Origin: Felis catus
Lineage: Eukaryota
Direction of reading: 5' to 3'
Assembly (NCBI RefSeq): GCF_018350175.1
Contig: NC_058382.1
Span: 50,284,001 to 50,348,000, forward strand
DNA: 64,000 nucleotides
Made by a program: the position numbers and the translations under genes. The notes below the pieces were generated by a model, which saw only the letters and a list, made by a program, of their open reading frames with translations, ran no database searches and was not told the DNA's origin. Below, in pieces: positions 12,380-22,575 of the stretch (positions are counted from its first letter, which is position 1; every line of letters starts with the position of its first letter).

Positions 12380-13287
12380 TGAAATGAGTTTTTAGAAAAT
12401 TTCCTAGAAAAATACAGTGTACAAAACTAAAACCAGAAAAAAGGAAATAAAAATGTGTAATAATGGTTACAGATATTAAAACCCTACAAAGGAATCTTTG
12501 ATGCAAAGTCTTTAGTCTTACATGGTTTCCACCAGTGAGTTTCTAAAAAAATATTCAGTAAAGAAATATTACAATTTCTATGTCAATTATTCCATTATAG
12601 AGAAAAGGAGGAAATGTTTCCCAGATCATTTTATGGGTCTAGTATATCCTTGATACCAAAGCCTGACAAGAAAAGTATAAGAAAAGAAAAATATAGAGAA
12701 ATACATTACATGAATATGAATGCAAAAGTCTAAATAAATTATTTGCATATCAAATGCAGTGCTTATAAATAGGACAATAAATCATGAACAAGTGAGGTTT
12801 ATTCTAGGAATGCAAAGTTGATTTGACATTCTTATACCCATAAATACAGTTCAAGCATTAACAGAATAAGTAAGAATAAATGTCAGATTCCCACCTCAAT
12901 AGCTAAATAACAACCACTTGATAATTCCATACTCATTATGTTTAGAGCATTTAGCATGTTATCAATGGAAGGGAACTTCCTTAATATGGTAACATATATA
13001 GTGATTTAATGACTTAATTCTGAGAAAGAGAATAAAATAGGTCTGCTATTATCACTTTAATCAACAAAGTAGCAGACAGCTCCACCAGTTCAGTAATGCA
13101 GATGCTGAAGTGAACAGAATAAGGAAAAGGAAACTGGTCATCAGTCATGGTATATATGAATGTGTACATGATTATTTCAAAGACTCAAGCACAGAAAATT
13201 AGAAAATGCTAATATCTAACAACATATAAAATTAATGTTAAATTATATTTCATATTTTATAAAACTGTAAAGATGGTGAGTAAACAC

Positions 13288-14340
13288 TTTTCCTCAGGTC
13301 TGTCTTTGCATTTATTTAATACAGTAGAAAATATATTTCTATTTATTTTCAACTCAAAACCAGGCAGCGGTATGTATTCTCTATAATCTCAAATGATTTT
13401 ATAATATTTTATTTACCAGACACAGGAACAAAATTCCTTCCAAAGATTATAATTAAATTTTATGTATACCAGAAATGACCTGCCATAAACAGAGATAGAA
13501 ATGATGAAAATTAGTGCAACGTGGTACATGGATAAAAGAACAAATAACATTTTGTCTATCTTCAAGAATGTTTCTTGCTTTTGAAATTAAACCCAGCAGG
13601 TAGGAAGATTCTAAACAGACTTCAAATTGTTGAACATCTGCTCACCCTAGCACAATCTAAAACAAGGAACACATAACATTTTACAATGGTAAAATTCATA
13701 CAATCTAGTTAGAATCATTACACTATTAAATTTTGGGGGGAAAGCATGTCTCAAACCCAAATGTTTTCACTTTCAAGTGGTAAAACACTATTAAACTGTT
13801 CCAAACAGCTCTTTAATTTCGTTAAAAATAGTTGAATATTTTTTGCTAATGTAAAATGTAAATGTAAAATTTTGAAAATGTAGATTGCAGCTTTAAGATG
13901 AGGCCGCTTCATTTCCTTCTTTCATACCCATGTGGCACTCTGACATGTTCTGGTTTGCTGCAGATATGAGAGGGCTCACTTCATTTTGGGGTGACGAAAA
14001 TGCCCAAGAATTTATTCTAGTTATTCATGTAATAAATACTCAGAAGAAGGTGACTTCGTCCTTCTAGTCCCGATGTTATCATTCATAGCCCTTGACGAGT
14101 TTGGACAATCACCCTCTGTAGAAAGACTTGACCCATCCCGATTTGCCTCCATCCCAATACATCCTCCTGGGAGGTATAAACCAGTTGGCTTAGAGACCTT
14201 AAAGCCCCACTGCATGAGTGGTTGCCACAGATGGCTCAAGAGTTTTGTATTGCACAGCTGACTTCATTGCCTCAGCTCGTCTTCCGTGCAGAAAGTACGA
14301 AGCTACCCTTCAGTTCTCCAGTTGGTCATCTTCGTAGTTG
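13288..14340 (-). pseudogene. Probable 5'-truncated processed pseudogene (parent not recognised)
   Basis: Non-repeat insert splitting an old L1 3' end. On the minus strand a coding-like, frameshifted segment (14340-13893) is followed by an AT-rich UTR-like part with AATAAA at 13316-13311 and a residual T-tract at 13288-13291. Confidence 0.55.
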
Positions 14341-14622
14341 CAGACAAAACACGTTGTATACTGTATGACATCCTCAAAAAGATGAAAGTATAGTGATGAA
14401 CGGATCCATGGTTCTCAGGGCTTAAAGGGAAAGAGGAAGGTGCGACTACAAAGGGCTAGCTCGGGCGGGGGGGGGGTGGTTTCTGAGGTGATAGAATCGT
14501 TCTGTATCCAGATTATGAAGGTAGTTGCATGGATCTGTGTATGTGTTAACATTTGTAATGTGTACACCCAAAAAAGTCAATTTTACTGTATGGCAATTTA
14601 AAAAATAAATCGTCCTAAAAGA
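14341..14622 (+). mobile_element. Ancient L1 (L1MC/ME-like) 3' end
   Basis: cagacaaaa...tatactgtatga...ttctgaggtgatagaatcgttctgtatc...gtcaattttactgtatg...aaaaataaa. Confidence 0.75.
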
Positions 14623-16993
14623 AAATTCAAAGTGTCCTTATTTGTAGAGAGGTTCTGTTGCTGACCCCAGATCCACACCCACACAATTCAGTTAAGTAAA
14701 AAGTTTTCCAAGCACAGGCTCCCATGCCACTCTGTGTCTTAAACAGGATTATTTAAAAGCATGCTAAGGCAATTATCCCCTGTTGATGCCTAAGGAGAAG
14801 AAAAAAGTTGCTTTTTAAAAAGCTTTTAAACATTTAAAGTAATAAACAGCCTTTGAAAAAGCTATTCTCTTTTGTTAAAACAGCCCCAGTACCCCACCAC
14901 CACAAATGGTGCTTTTGTTGGTGCCTGTATGAGATTGCAAGGGAAAGCAATAGTTTCAAAATTCTTTGCTTTACTGTAAAATTGATTTGAGATTGCCCTT
15001 TGCCCTTTGCTTTGTCTAATTGTCCTAACGTGAAGATCACATATCTGTATCGTTATTCAACAAGAATTAGAACAAAGAGAAACCCTGTCCTTGATTGCAC
15101 AGCAATATAGAAAAAAATGAGATTCGTGTGACTATTTTTTTGTTGCATTGTGTCCTTTATGTTTGTTACTTTAATTTTTTCCAAGAGTTGAGAGTTATCA
15201 GATAATAGAGATGTAGAGCTAGGCTGAAGCAGAACTGTGGTTCTCTAATTTGTCTAAGAGAAACAAAAGCCATAAGCTTATCAAATTCTAAGGGCTATGT
15301 CTCTGAATAATTCATTTTTAAAAGGATAATTTGTATAAGAATTTGTATGACAAAACTGCATGCGTGGCTATGGAACCTGAAGGAAATCAACAAGCTAAAT
15401 ATCATGGAACTTGTATCAGGGACTTCAGCAATGTTCTTTTGTTTTTGACCTTTCCTCTCCATGCAAAGGGCAGTAATCAACTTTCTTAGAAGATAGTTAA
15501 ATGGTAAAGGAGTCTTTTTGTGTTTTTGTTTTCATGTAAATTTATCTCAGTGAAATGAATACTTGACTTTCCTTCAGCTGAAATCATTGCTTTCCTAGCT
15601 AGAAATATAGGTGTTTTTTCCTGGGTTTGCTCTGGGCTTGTTCATTCAAGATAACCTAGTTCAGAACAAAAGCTTACCCAACTGCAGTGAGTGTGCAGGA
15701 CCAGACACGGACCAGGCCCTTCTTGGTCTGTACCTTTCATGGTGGTGTCAAGATGCTACAACCTAAATTACTCAATGTTTTTCCTCTGTGAATCTGAGAA
15801 TTGAAAATTTAATGCAACGAAACTTAGTTCTAAATCCAAATGAGAGTATTATCACTCTGTGATTCCTTTTCTGAATCTGTTCATTAAAATATTTCTGTTG
15901 GCATATTGCATCACCTGCCTCAGAAAATTGCTTTCATATTTTTGCATTTATTTAAAGTTGTATTTAGGTTGCTACTTCTTCCAGAGATAGTACTAAATGC
16001 TTTTCAGAAATAAAAAGTTAATGACATATGGTGTTCCAAGAAAACATATTCGTGTGTATATATTACTCTGTGATGATTTGTGGCACAAACACATTCCTGA
16101 CATCCATAAGACAAGAGACCTTCTGGATAAAGTCAAAACAAAAAGAACTTGAAAAATAAGTCAGATCTTCCTCGGAGCTGATGGTGAGAAATCAGAGTTG
16201 ATTAGTGAAGAAAATTGGTAAAGTATATTAAATTACATTCAGAAAGGGGTAGCACAGAATTACGGAACTATGTAAATCAGCATGGAAACTCACTTGTTCA
16301 TCAAATACCTGACTTTTCTTATAAGCAATGTGATTTTGCCTGAATTAATTCATACATTTGAGGCATAACTTTCAGTAAAATTAGACAGAAATAACTTTCT
16401 CTTAAATTTGCCGTGGGAGTGAAACAAAATAGTATCTACATTTTAAAGAGGTCTAGTATAGTTCTAGACACATAACAAGTGTTCCTTCTCCCTGGATTTT
16501 GCTATTTAAAACCACATTCCCTAAACTTTTAAAACTCATAGGACCTTTTATTTTCTAGTAAACTCTACCTGGAACCTAACATATAACAGATGAAATCAGA
16601 GCTTTTTTGGTTGCGGAGGAATTGAAGTCCTGGCTTTGGAGTCTGTCTGCTTTTCTCCCTTCCCTCCCCACTTCGATCTCTCTCTCCAACTTCCAGACTC
16701 TCCTACCCCCACCTCCACCCCTGCCGCCCATACTAAGAGGGCTCTGGAAGCTCTAGGACTCCATCCGAGAAACACAGTTTGAAAACTCCAACACCACCGT
16801 TTGGAAAGACAGCATTCTCAGATTTAATAGCCACAGTATCTTATGTACAAATAAAACTTACCATGAACTTATTGGACACAATCATGTTGGTTAAAGAGGA
16901 AAAATCTTAAAAATCATTCATGTTAACCTAATGCTTGGAGTTCACCAAAAACCACATACACGTACATTATTTGTAAGTCTTTTCATGTAGAAC

Positions 16994-16996
<3 letters not shown>

Positions 16997-17036
<40 letters not shown>
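16997..17036. repeat. Pure T40 homopolymer
   Basis: Direct count. Confidence 0.95.
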
Positions 17037-17039
<3 letters not shown>

Positions 17040-17112
17040 GAGCAGTGTTCAATTAATGTAGTTCTTAGGAAAATTATACCTGTGATTATATTATCTGTGA
17101 TATTTAGTTTGA

Positions 17113-17318
17113 ATTTTTCGTAATGTTTATTTTTGAGACGGAGAGACAGAGCATGAGCAGGAGAAGCACACAGAGAGAGGGAGACACAGAACTTGAAGCA
17201 GGCTCCAGGTTTCGCGCTGTCAGCACAGAGGGTGATGCTGGGCTCAAACCCACAAACCGCAAGATCATGACCTGAGCTGTAGTCAGATGCTTAACCAACT
17301 GAGCCACCCAGGTGCCCC
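17113..17318 (-). mobile_element. Can-SINE
   Basis: Full body; TSD tagtttga (17105 / 17319). Confidence 0.95.
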
Positions 17319-17437
17319 TAGTTTGACTTATTTTTAAGTGCAGAGTTCCGTAGTGTTAAGTATATTCACATTATTTTGAAATAGAGCTCCAGAATTTTTC
17401 ATCTTGCAAATCTGAAACTCTATTCCTATTAACTCCC

Positions 17438-17655
17438 AGGGCTCCTGGGTGGCTCAGTTGGTTGAGCGTTCAGCTTCAGTTCAGATCATGATTTTGTGGT
17501 TCATGAGTTCAGGACCCACATCAGGCTCTCTGCTGTCAGCCTGTCAGCCCAGAGCCCCCTTCGAATCCTCTGTCTCCCTTTCTCTGCCCCTCCCCCACTT
17601 GCGCTCTCCCCAAAATAAATAAATAAATATTTAAAACAAACGAAACAAAAAAACA
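17438..17655 (+). mobile_element. Can-SINE
   Basis: gggctcctgggtggctcag...ctgtcagcctgtcagc...aaaataaataaataaa. Confidence 0.95.
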
Positions 17656-19479
17656 ACTTCCCTCTGTCTTCCCTCTGTCCCCTGATGGCTTTAAGTAAAG
17701 TAAGATATTGAAGAGATTCATGTACCCATCTAAGAGCAAAATCTTTCCATTTATGTTTCTAAATTTGTCTTAGACTGTCATTCAAAAACATTTTTATAAT
17801 ATGTTCCTTTATTGTGTCTTTCCTAAGCATTCAAATTACTTTTCTCAAGCAGATATTATGTCTCCCTCATATTTCACATATTATAATTGTATTGTAATTT
17901 AAATTTCATAGTTATTTCAAACACAACTAGTGTAGGATAGAGGAAACATACCCACACACTTTTAGTAAGCACATACCTGATTGGAGAAGCAATGACAGGC
18001 ATCCTAGCAAATGATCATAAGCCATGAGCTGTAGCATGTTATGAACATTGGCTGGTATGACTAACAGAAAGGAATTTATCGATTAATATGGTGTTCATCA
18101 AATGTAGATCACTGACAGAAAGTGTTGCTATCCATCTATTTGTGTGCTATATAATCTATAGGAATATCTATATCCATATCAATTTGGAAATACAAAGCTG
18201 GTAGCTATGTAAATGATCATTGCTGTTGATTGTACACTTTGAAAATGTTTATATGTAGTTAGCAATATTATGTAGATCAAATACTTTGCTATTATGCCGA
18301 AGACATCCACTAGAAAAGGCAAGTAAATAAGTCCATAAATAGTGTGTGACAGTAAGCAATATAACTTCCTTTCCTTAAGTAAGATATAAGGAGTGTCTAT
18401 TTTTTTTCTTAAATATAAAACAAATTGCCTTTACTCTCAGCCTATAGTATGGGGAGGATGAGTATTTTGAAATCTGAAATGGATGGAGTGAGGAAGGCAA
18501 AGTAGTTTTCAATTTAGGAGGGAATCTAACCAAAGATTACAAATTTGGGGGTATATAGACTTTTAAACAATAACCTTGGGGTTTCTACAATCTCAAGACC
18601 ACATTGGCAGTTATAAAATGTTTCAGAGCTCTGTCATAGCTGTTAAGTTGATAAAGAATTTATCAGTGGATTGCTGCTAAGGTAGGGCAGCTCATCTTTT
18701 CCCCCTTGGAATGGTAATGAGAACTTCTTGTCTCATTCTTTCATGCCTGTGTTCTTCGCTCACATTGGTTTGTAATTAGGTATAACTCAGTTGAAATCTT
18801 CATCACCTGCTGTTTCAATGGGCTGGGAACTGATCCAAATCTTTGATTTAGTGCCATTTTCTTGTTTCTCTTTCTAGCCTTTCCCTTTAATCCTTAGAAT
18901 GCTGTCTATCATAATCTGTCAAACTCCATCTTTAAAATATGGAAGTCCAGGATAGACACTACAAATTTAGGCTTGTTTTCTATCAATTTTTAAACATATC
19001 TGTTTTTATTTTTTAATGCTGACAGAAATACTGTGGTGAAATCAATGGCTTTAACTCACATTCTATGAAAGCAGCTCTCTCATACTTGGTTCTAGGTTTT
19101 TTATTTTTTTTCTCCAGAAATCCTATTTGTTTTTTGAAGAGTTCAACTGCATATTCTCTTGCATATGTGACAAAATTGAGAATTCCATCCATAGATTATG
19201 TTCTTGAGATGAGTTACATGGATTGGCTCAACAAGGGTATAATACAGAAACAATGTGTATGAATTATTGGAAGGAAACAAGTACTTAACCAATTACTCTG
19301 CCATCTGTAAACGTGTTTTAAACTGTGTTTGGTGTGTCAGCTAAAAGGGAAGCTGTGTAATACACAGTTTTGGCATCTCAGTTGATGAGAGAATATGTTC
19401 TGCAAGCTACCTTCCAGAACACGATCATCTTTCTGGGATTCTGGTTCAATAAACTGTTAAACGAGTGAAATTAATACTT

Positions 19480-19688
19480 AAAAAATTTTTTTTTTGTTTT
19501 TTATTTTTTGAGAAACATAGTGCTACTTGGGGAGGGGCAGAGAGAGAGGGATACACAGAATCTGAAGCAGATTCCAGCCTCTGAGCTTTCAGCACAGAGC
19601 CCCACGTGGGGCTTGAACCCACGAAACCTGAGATCATGACCTGAGCTGAAGTTGGATGCTTAACCGACTGAGTCACCCAGGCGCTCCG
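19480..19688 (-). mobile_element. Can-SINE
   Basis: TSD gaaatt(a/c)atactt. Confidence 0.95.
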
Positions 19689-19789
19689 AAATTCATACTT
19701 TTAACAGTTCTTCCAGGCTTGCTTCTCAAACAGGTATATTGTGCTTATAGCAGGTAGTTTCTGGTTTCTACATCAATCCTTTACTTAGC

Positions 19790-20415
19790 TAATGAGTCTG
19801 TAGTTTGTCAGTGCTTGTGGAGAATGCTTGTCTCCTCCATGTGGCATCATTCAGGATGGCTTAGGTGGCTGACATGACTGACAAGTAGGCATCTTTGCTC
19901 CGCTTCAAATGGGTGTCTCCTGCTGGGTCTTTGCAAAGGCTGCCCTGCTTCCTTACAGCATGATGTCTGGGGTCCAAAAGTGAATGTCAAAAGAAGCAAA
20001 AGTGAAACTTCCATTTTCCTAAGACAGGTGCCAGAAATTGGCACAGCACCTTTCCCACCTTATTCTATTGGTAAAACACAAATCCCAGATGCAAGGGGAA
20101 GAAGGCACATGGAGCTCATCTCTTGATAAGAGAGCTATCTTCCTTTTTAAAAAAAATTTTTATTACATTTATTTATTTTTGAGAGATAGGGAGACAGAGC
20201 ACAAGTGGGGGATGAGCAGAGAGAGAAGGAGACACAGAGTCTGAAGCAGGCTCCAGGCTCTGAGCTGTCAGCACAGAGCCTGACACGGGGCTCGAACTCA
20301 TGAACTGCAAGATCGTGACCTGAGCTGAAGTTGGACACTCAACCATCTGAGCCACCCAGGTGCCCCAGAACTTTCAAGGAGTTATCAAAGAAGGCTATGT
20401 TTTAAAACTACCATG
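19790..20415 (-). mobile_element. MaLR LTR (MLT1H/J-like), interrupted by a SINE
   Basis: cttccttacagcatg...ttattctattggtaaaacac...catctcttgat. Confidence 0.65.
20145..20366 (-). mobile_element. Can-SINE
   Basis: Full body ending gagccacccaggtgcccc. Confidence 0.95.
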
Positions 20416-20627
20416 TCATTTATTTAAAAATATTTTTGAATTTAAATTATTCCTTCTTGATGTATAGGTTAAATAGGAATTTCTTATTCTAAAATACAAG
20501 GAAGTTTTCTAGTTATATTTTTGTTACTGAATTCAAGTGTAATTTATATCACGAGATTACTTACTACATTTCATCAATTGTCAGCCTGTTTAGGAATCGT
20601 TTTGTATTTCACAGTATGATTAAAAGA

Positions 20628-20941
20628 ATTTTTTTTAATGTTTATTTATTTTTGAGAGAGAGGGAGAGAGTGAGTGAGTGCACACACGTGGTGGAGGGGG
20701 CAGAGAGACAGGGAGACACACAACCTGAAGCAAGCTCCTGCTTCGGATGCCGTTGTCTCCTTCTCTCTCTGCCCATCCCCCGCTTGTGTGCGCGCGCGCG
20801 CGCGCTCTCTCTCTCTCTCTCTCTCTCTCAAAAAATAAATAAATAAATGTAAAAAATGTAAAATAAAATAAATGTAAAAACTCACAAACTGTGAGACCAT
20901 GACCTGAGCTGAAGTTGGACGCTTAACCACCTGGGCACCCC
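20628..20941 (-). mobile_element. Composite Can-SINE: minus-strand copy containing an inverted plus-strand 3' half (20739-20880)
   Basis: Outer TSD cagtatgatt (20612 / 20943); orientation switches at gaagca-agctcc-tgcttc and back at 20881. Confidence 0.85.
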
Positions 20942-20999
20942 TCAGTATGATTGGTTTTTAATGGTTCTTTTTAGAAATGGGGACTATTTAGATATATTC

Positions 21000-22059
21000 C
21001 AAAGTTGTTATTTCATGCAGTCTGATAATCTACATACATAATGTATTACTATCATTTGAACTTTTGAGATAAATGACTGTTTTTCTTTCTTCTACCTGTT
21101 CATTTCTTTTCCTCTCCTTTCATGCCATGAGTTAACATGTATATTTTCTTACGTCTTTTCTCTTCTATTTTTTTGTAACTTACACATTCCTTGAGAATTA
21201 TTTCAGTAACTTCCCCAGAGCTGCATAGATTCATGTCACAGGCATAGTTAATGTATCAAAGTTAACATATATTAAAAATTTCCTTACTTCCCAGAGAAAA
21301 CAGCATTCTTAGAATGCATTAACTTGATCTGTTATTGTTCTCAGGCATTGTAATCTTCTGTATTATGTATTTTAAATGTCACCGTGTCTTATTATTATTG
21401 TTTTATCCAGTCATCATTCATTTAGATTCACCAAGTATTTTTACATTTTCACTCAGAATAAAATACTTGATTGGCATTCATTTTTTAAAATATCATTTGA
21501 GAGATCTCATACCATGTCTCCTTGTTTCCATAATTTTTGTTGAGAAGTCTGTTGTCAGACTTATTCTTGGTTCTTTGAAGCTACTGTATGTTATTCCCTC
21601 TGGGTACTTAAATTTTTTTCCTTTTTATTTGGTTTTCTGAAGGTTATTTGGTTTTCAAAAACATCAAGAAGTTTTCAAAAATATGATCTGCCTGTAATTA
21701 TTTGTTCAGTTTTTTCTTTTTTCCCCTTTAGCTTCTTAAATTTTCCGGTTGATGTCTTTTGCCAGTTTTGGAAAATTCTCAGTCCTTTCTCTGCCCCTTT
21801 TTCTCTTTTCTCACCTTCAGTTCTTCAATAATGTAAACTCTTTTCTTCATATAAGTAACTTATACCCTACTTTTTTCTTTTTTTTCTGTTATTTAGCTTG
21901 GCCGTTTTGTTCTCTGCTGTATTACAGGTAACTGAGTTTCTGTTTAGCTATGTATAATTTGTTGTTGAACACATTCATTGTTTTCTATTTAAGTAATCAA
22001 TAATTTCCCATTCTTTTTGTATCTTTTTGTGGTTTACTGTTCTTTTTTTTTTCTGTGTT

Positions 22060-22102
<43 letters not shown>

Positions 22103-22340
22103 TTCAATATATGAAGTTTATTGTCAAATTGGTTTCCATACCACATCCAGTGCTCATCCCAAAAGGTGGTGGTTTACTATTCTATGCAAAAATTCTTGAT
22201 CTGATTTTTATTTCCTTAAACATATTATGCAGAGTTATTTTACAATTCATGGTAATTCTTTTACCTGAATCCTGTATGGGTTTATTTGTATTTTCTGTTG
22301 TCTCCTTGATTTTGTTACTTAGTAGCATCTTGTAGTAATG
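21000..22340 (-). mobile_element. Highly decayed L1/HAL1-like fragments
   Basis: ttgagaagtctgttgtcagacttattc, gttttggaaaattctcag antisense ORF1-like motifs. Confidence 0.5.
22044..22168 (-). mobile_element. Very short 5'-truncated felid L1 with (TTTA)n tail
   Basis: tttattgtcaaattggtttccataccacatccagtgctcatcccaa is the reverse complement of the L1 3' end at ~27390-27450; TSD gtggtttact(g/a)ttct at 22029 / 22169. Confidence 0.9.
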
Positions 22341-22362
22341 ACCTTTTAAGAATTCAGTGCTT

Positions 22363-22575
22363 GGGGCACCTGGGTGGCTCAGTCGGTTAAGCGTCTAACT
22401 TCGGCTCAGGTCATGATCTCACAGTTTGTGGGTTTGAGGCCCGCATTGGGCTCTGTGCTGACAGCTCAGAGCCTGGAGCCTGCTTTGGGTTCTGTGTTTC
22501 CCTCTCTTTCTGTCCCTCCACTGCTTGTGCTCTGTCTCTCTTTGTCTCTCAAAAATAAATAAATGTAAAAAAAAA
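22363..22575 (+). mobile_element. Can-SINE
   Basis: TSD aattcagtgct (22351 / 22579). Confidence 0.95.

Larger units (their letters stand above)
11960..13285 (+). mobile_element. Ancient L1 ORF2/3' fragments interrupted by two SINEs
   Basis: ccttgataccaaagcctgacaag...ggtttattctaggaatgcaaag...gaagggaacttccttaat sense ORF2 motifs. Confidence 0.75.

Noticed and set aside
14090..14220. GALRSLSQLVY peptide resembling a hexosaminidase motif
   Set aside because: Similarity is limited to a few residues and the flanks do not match, so the parent gene was left unassigned
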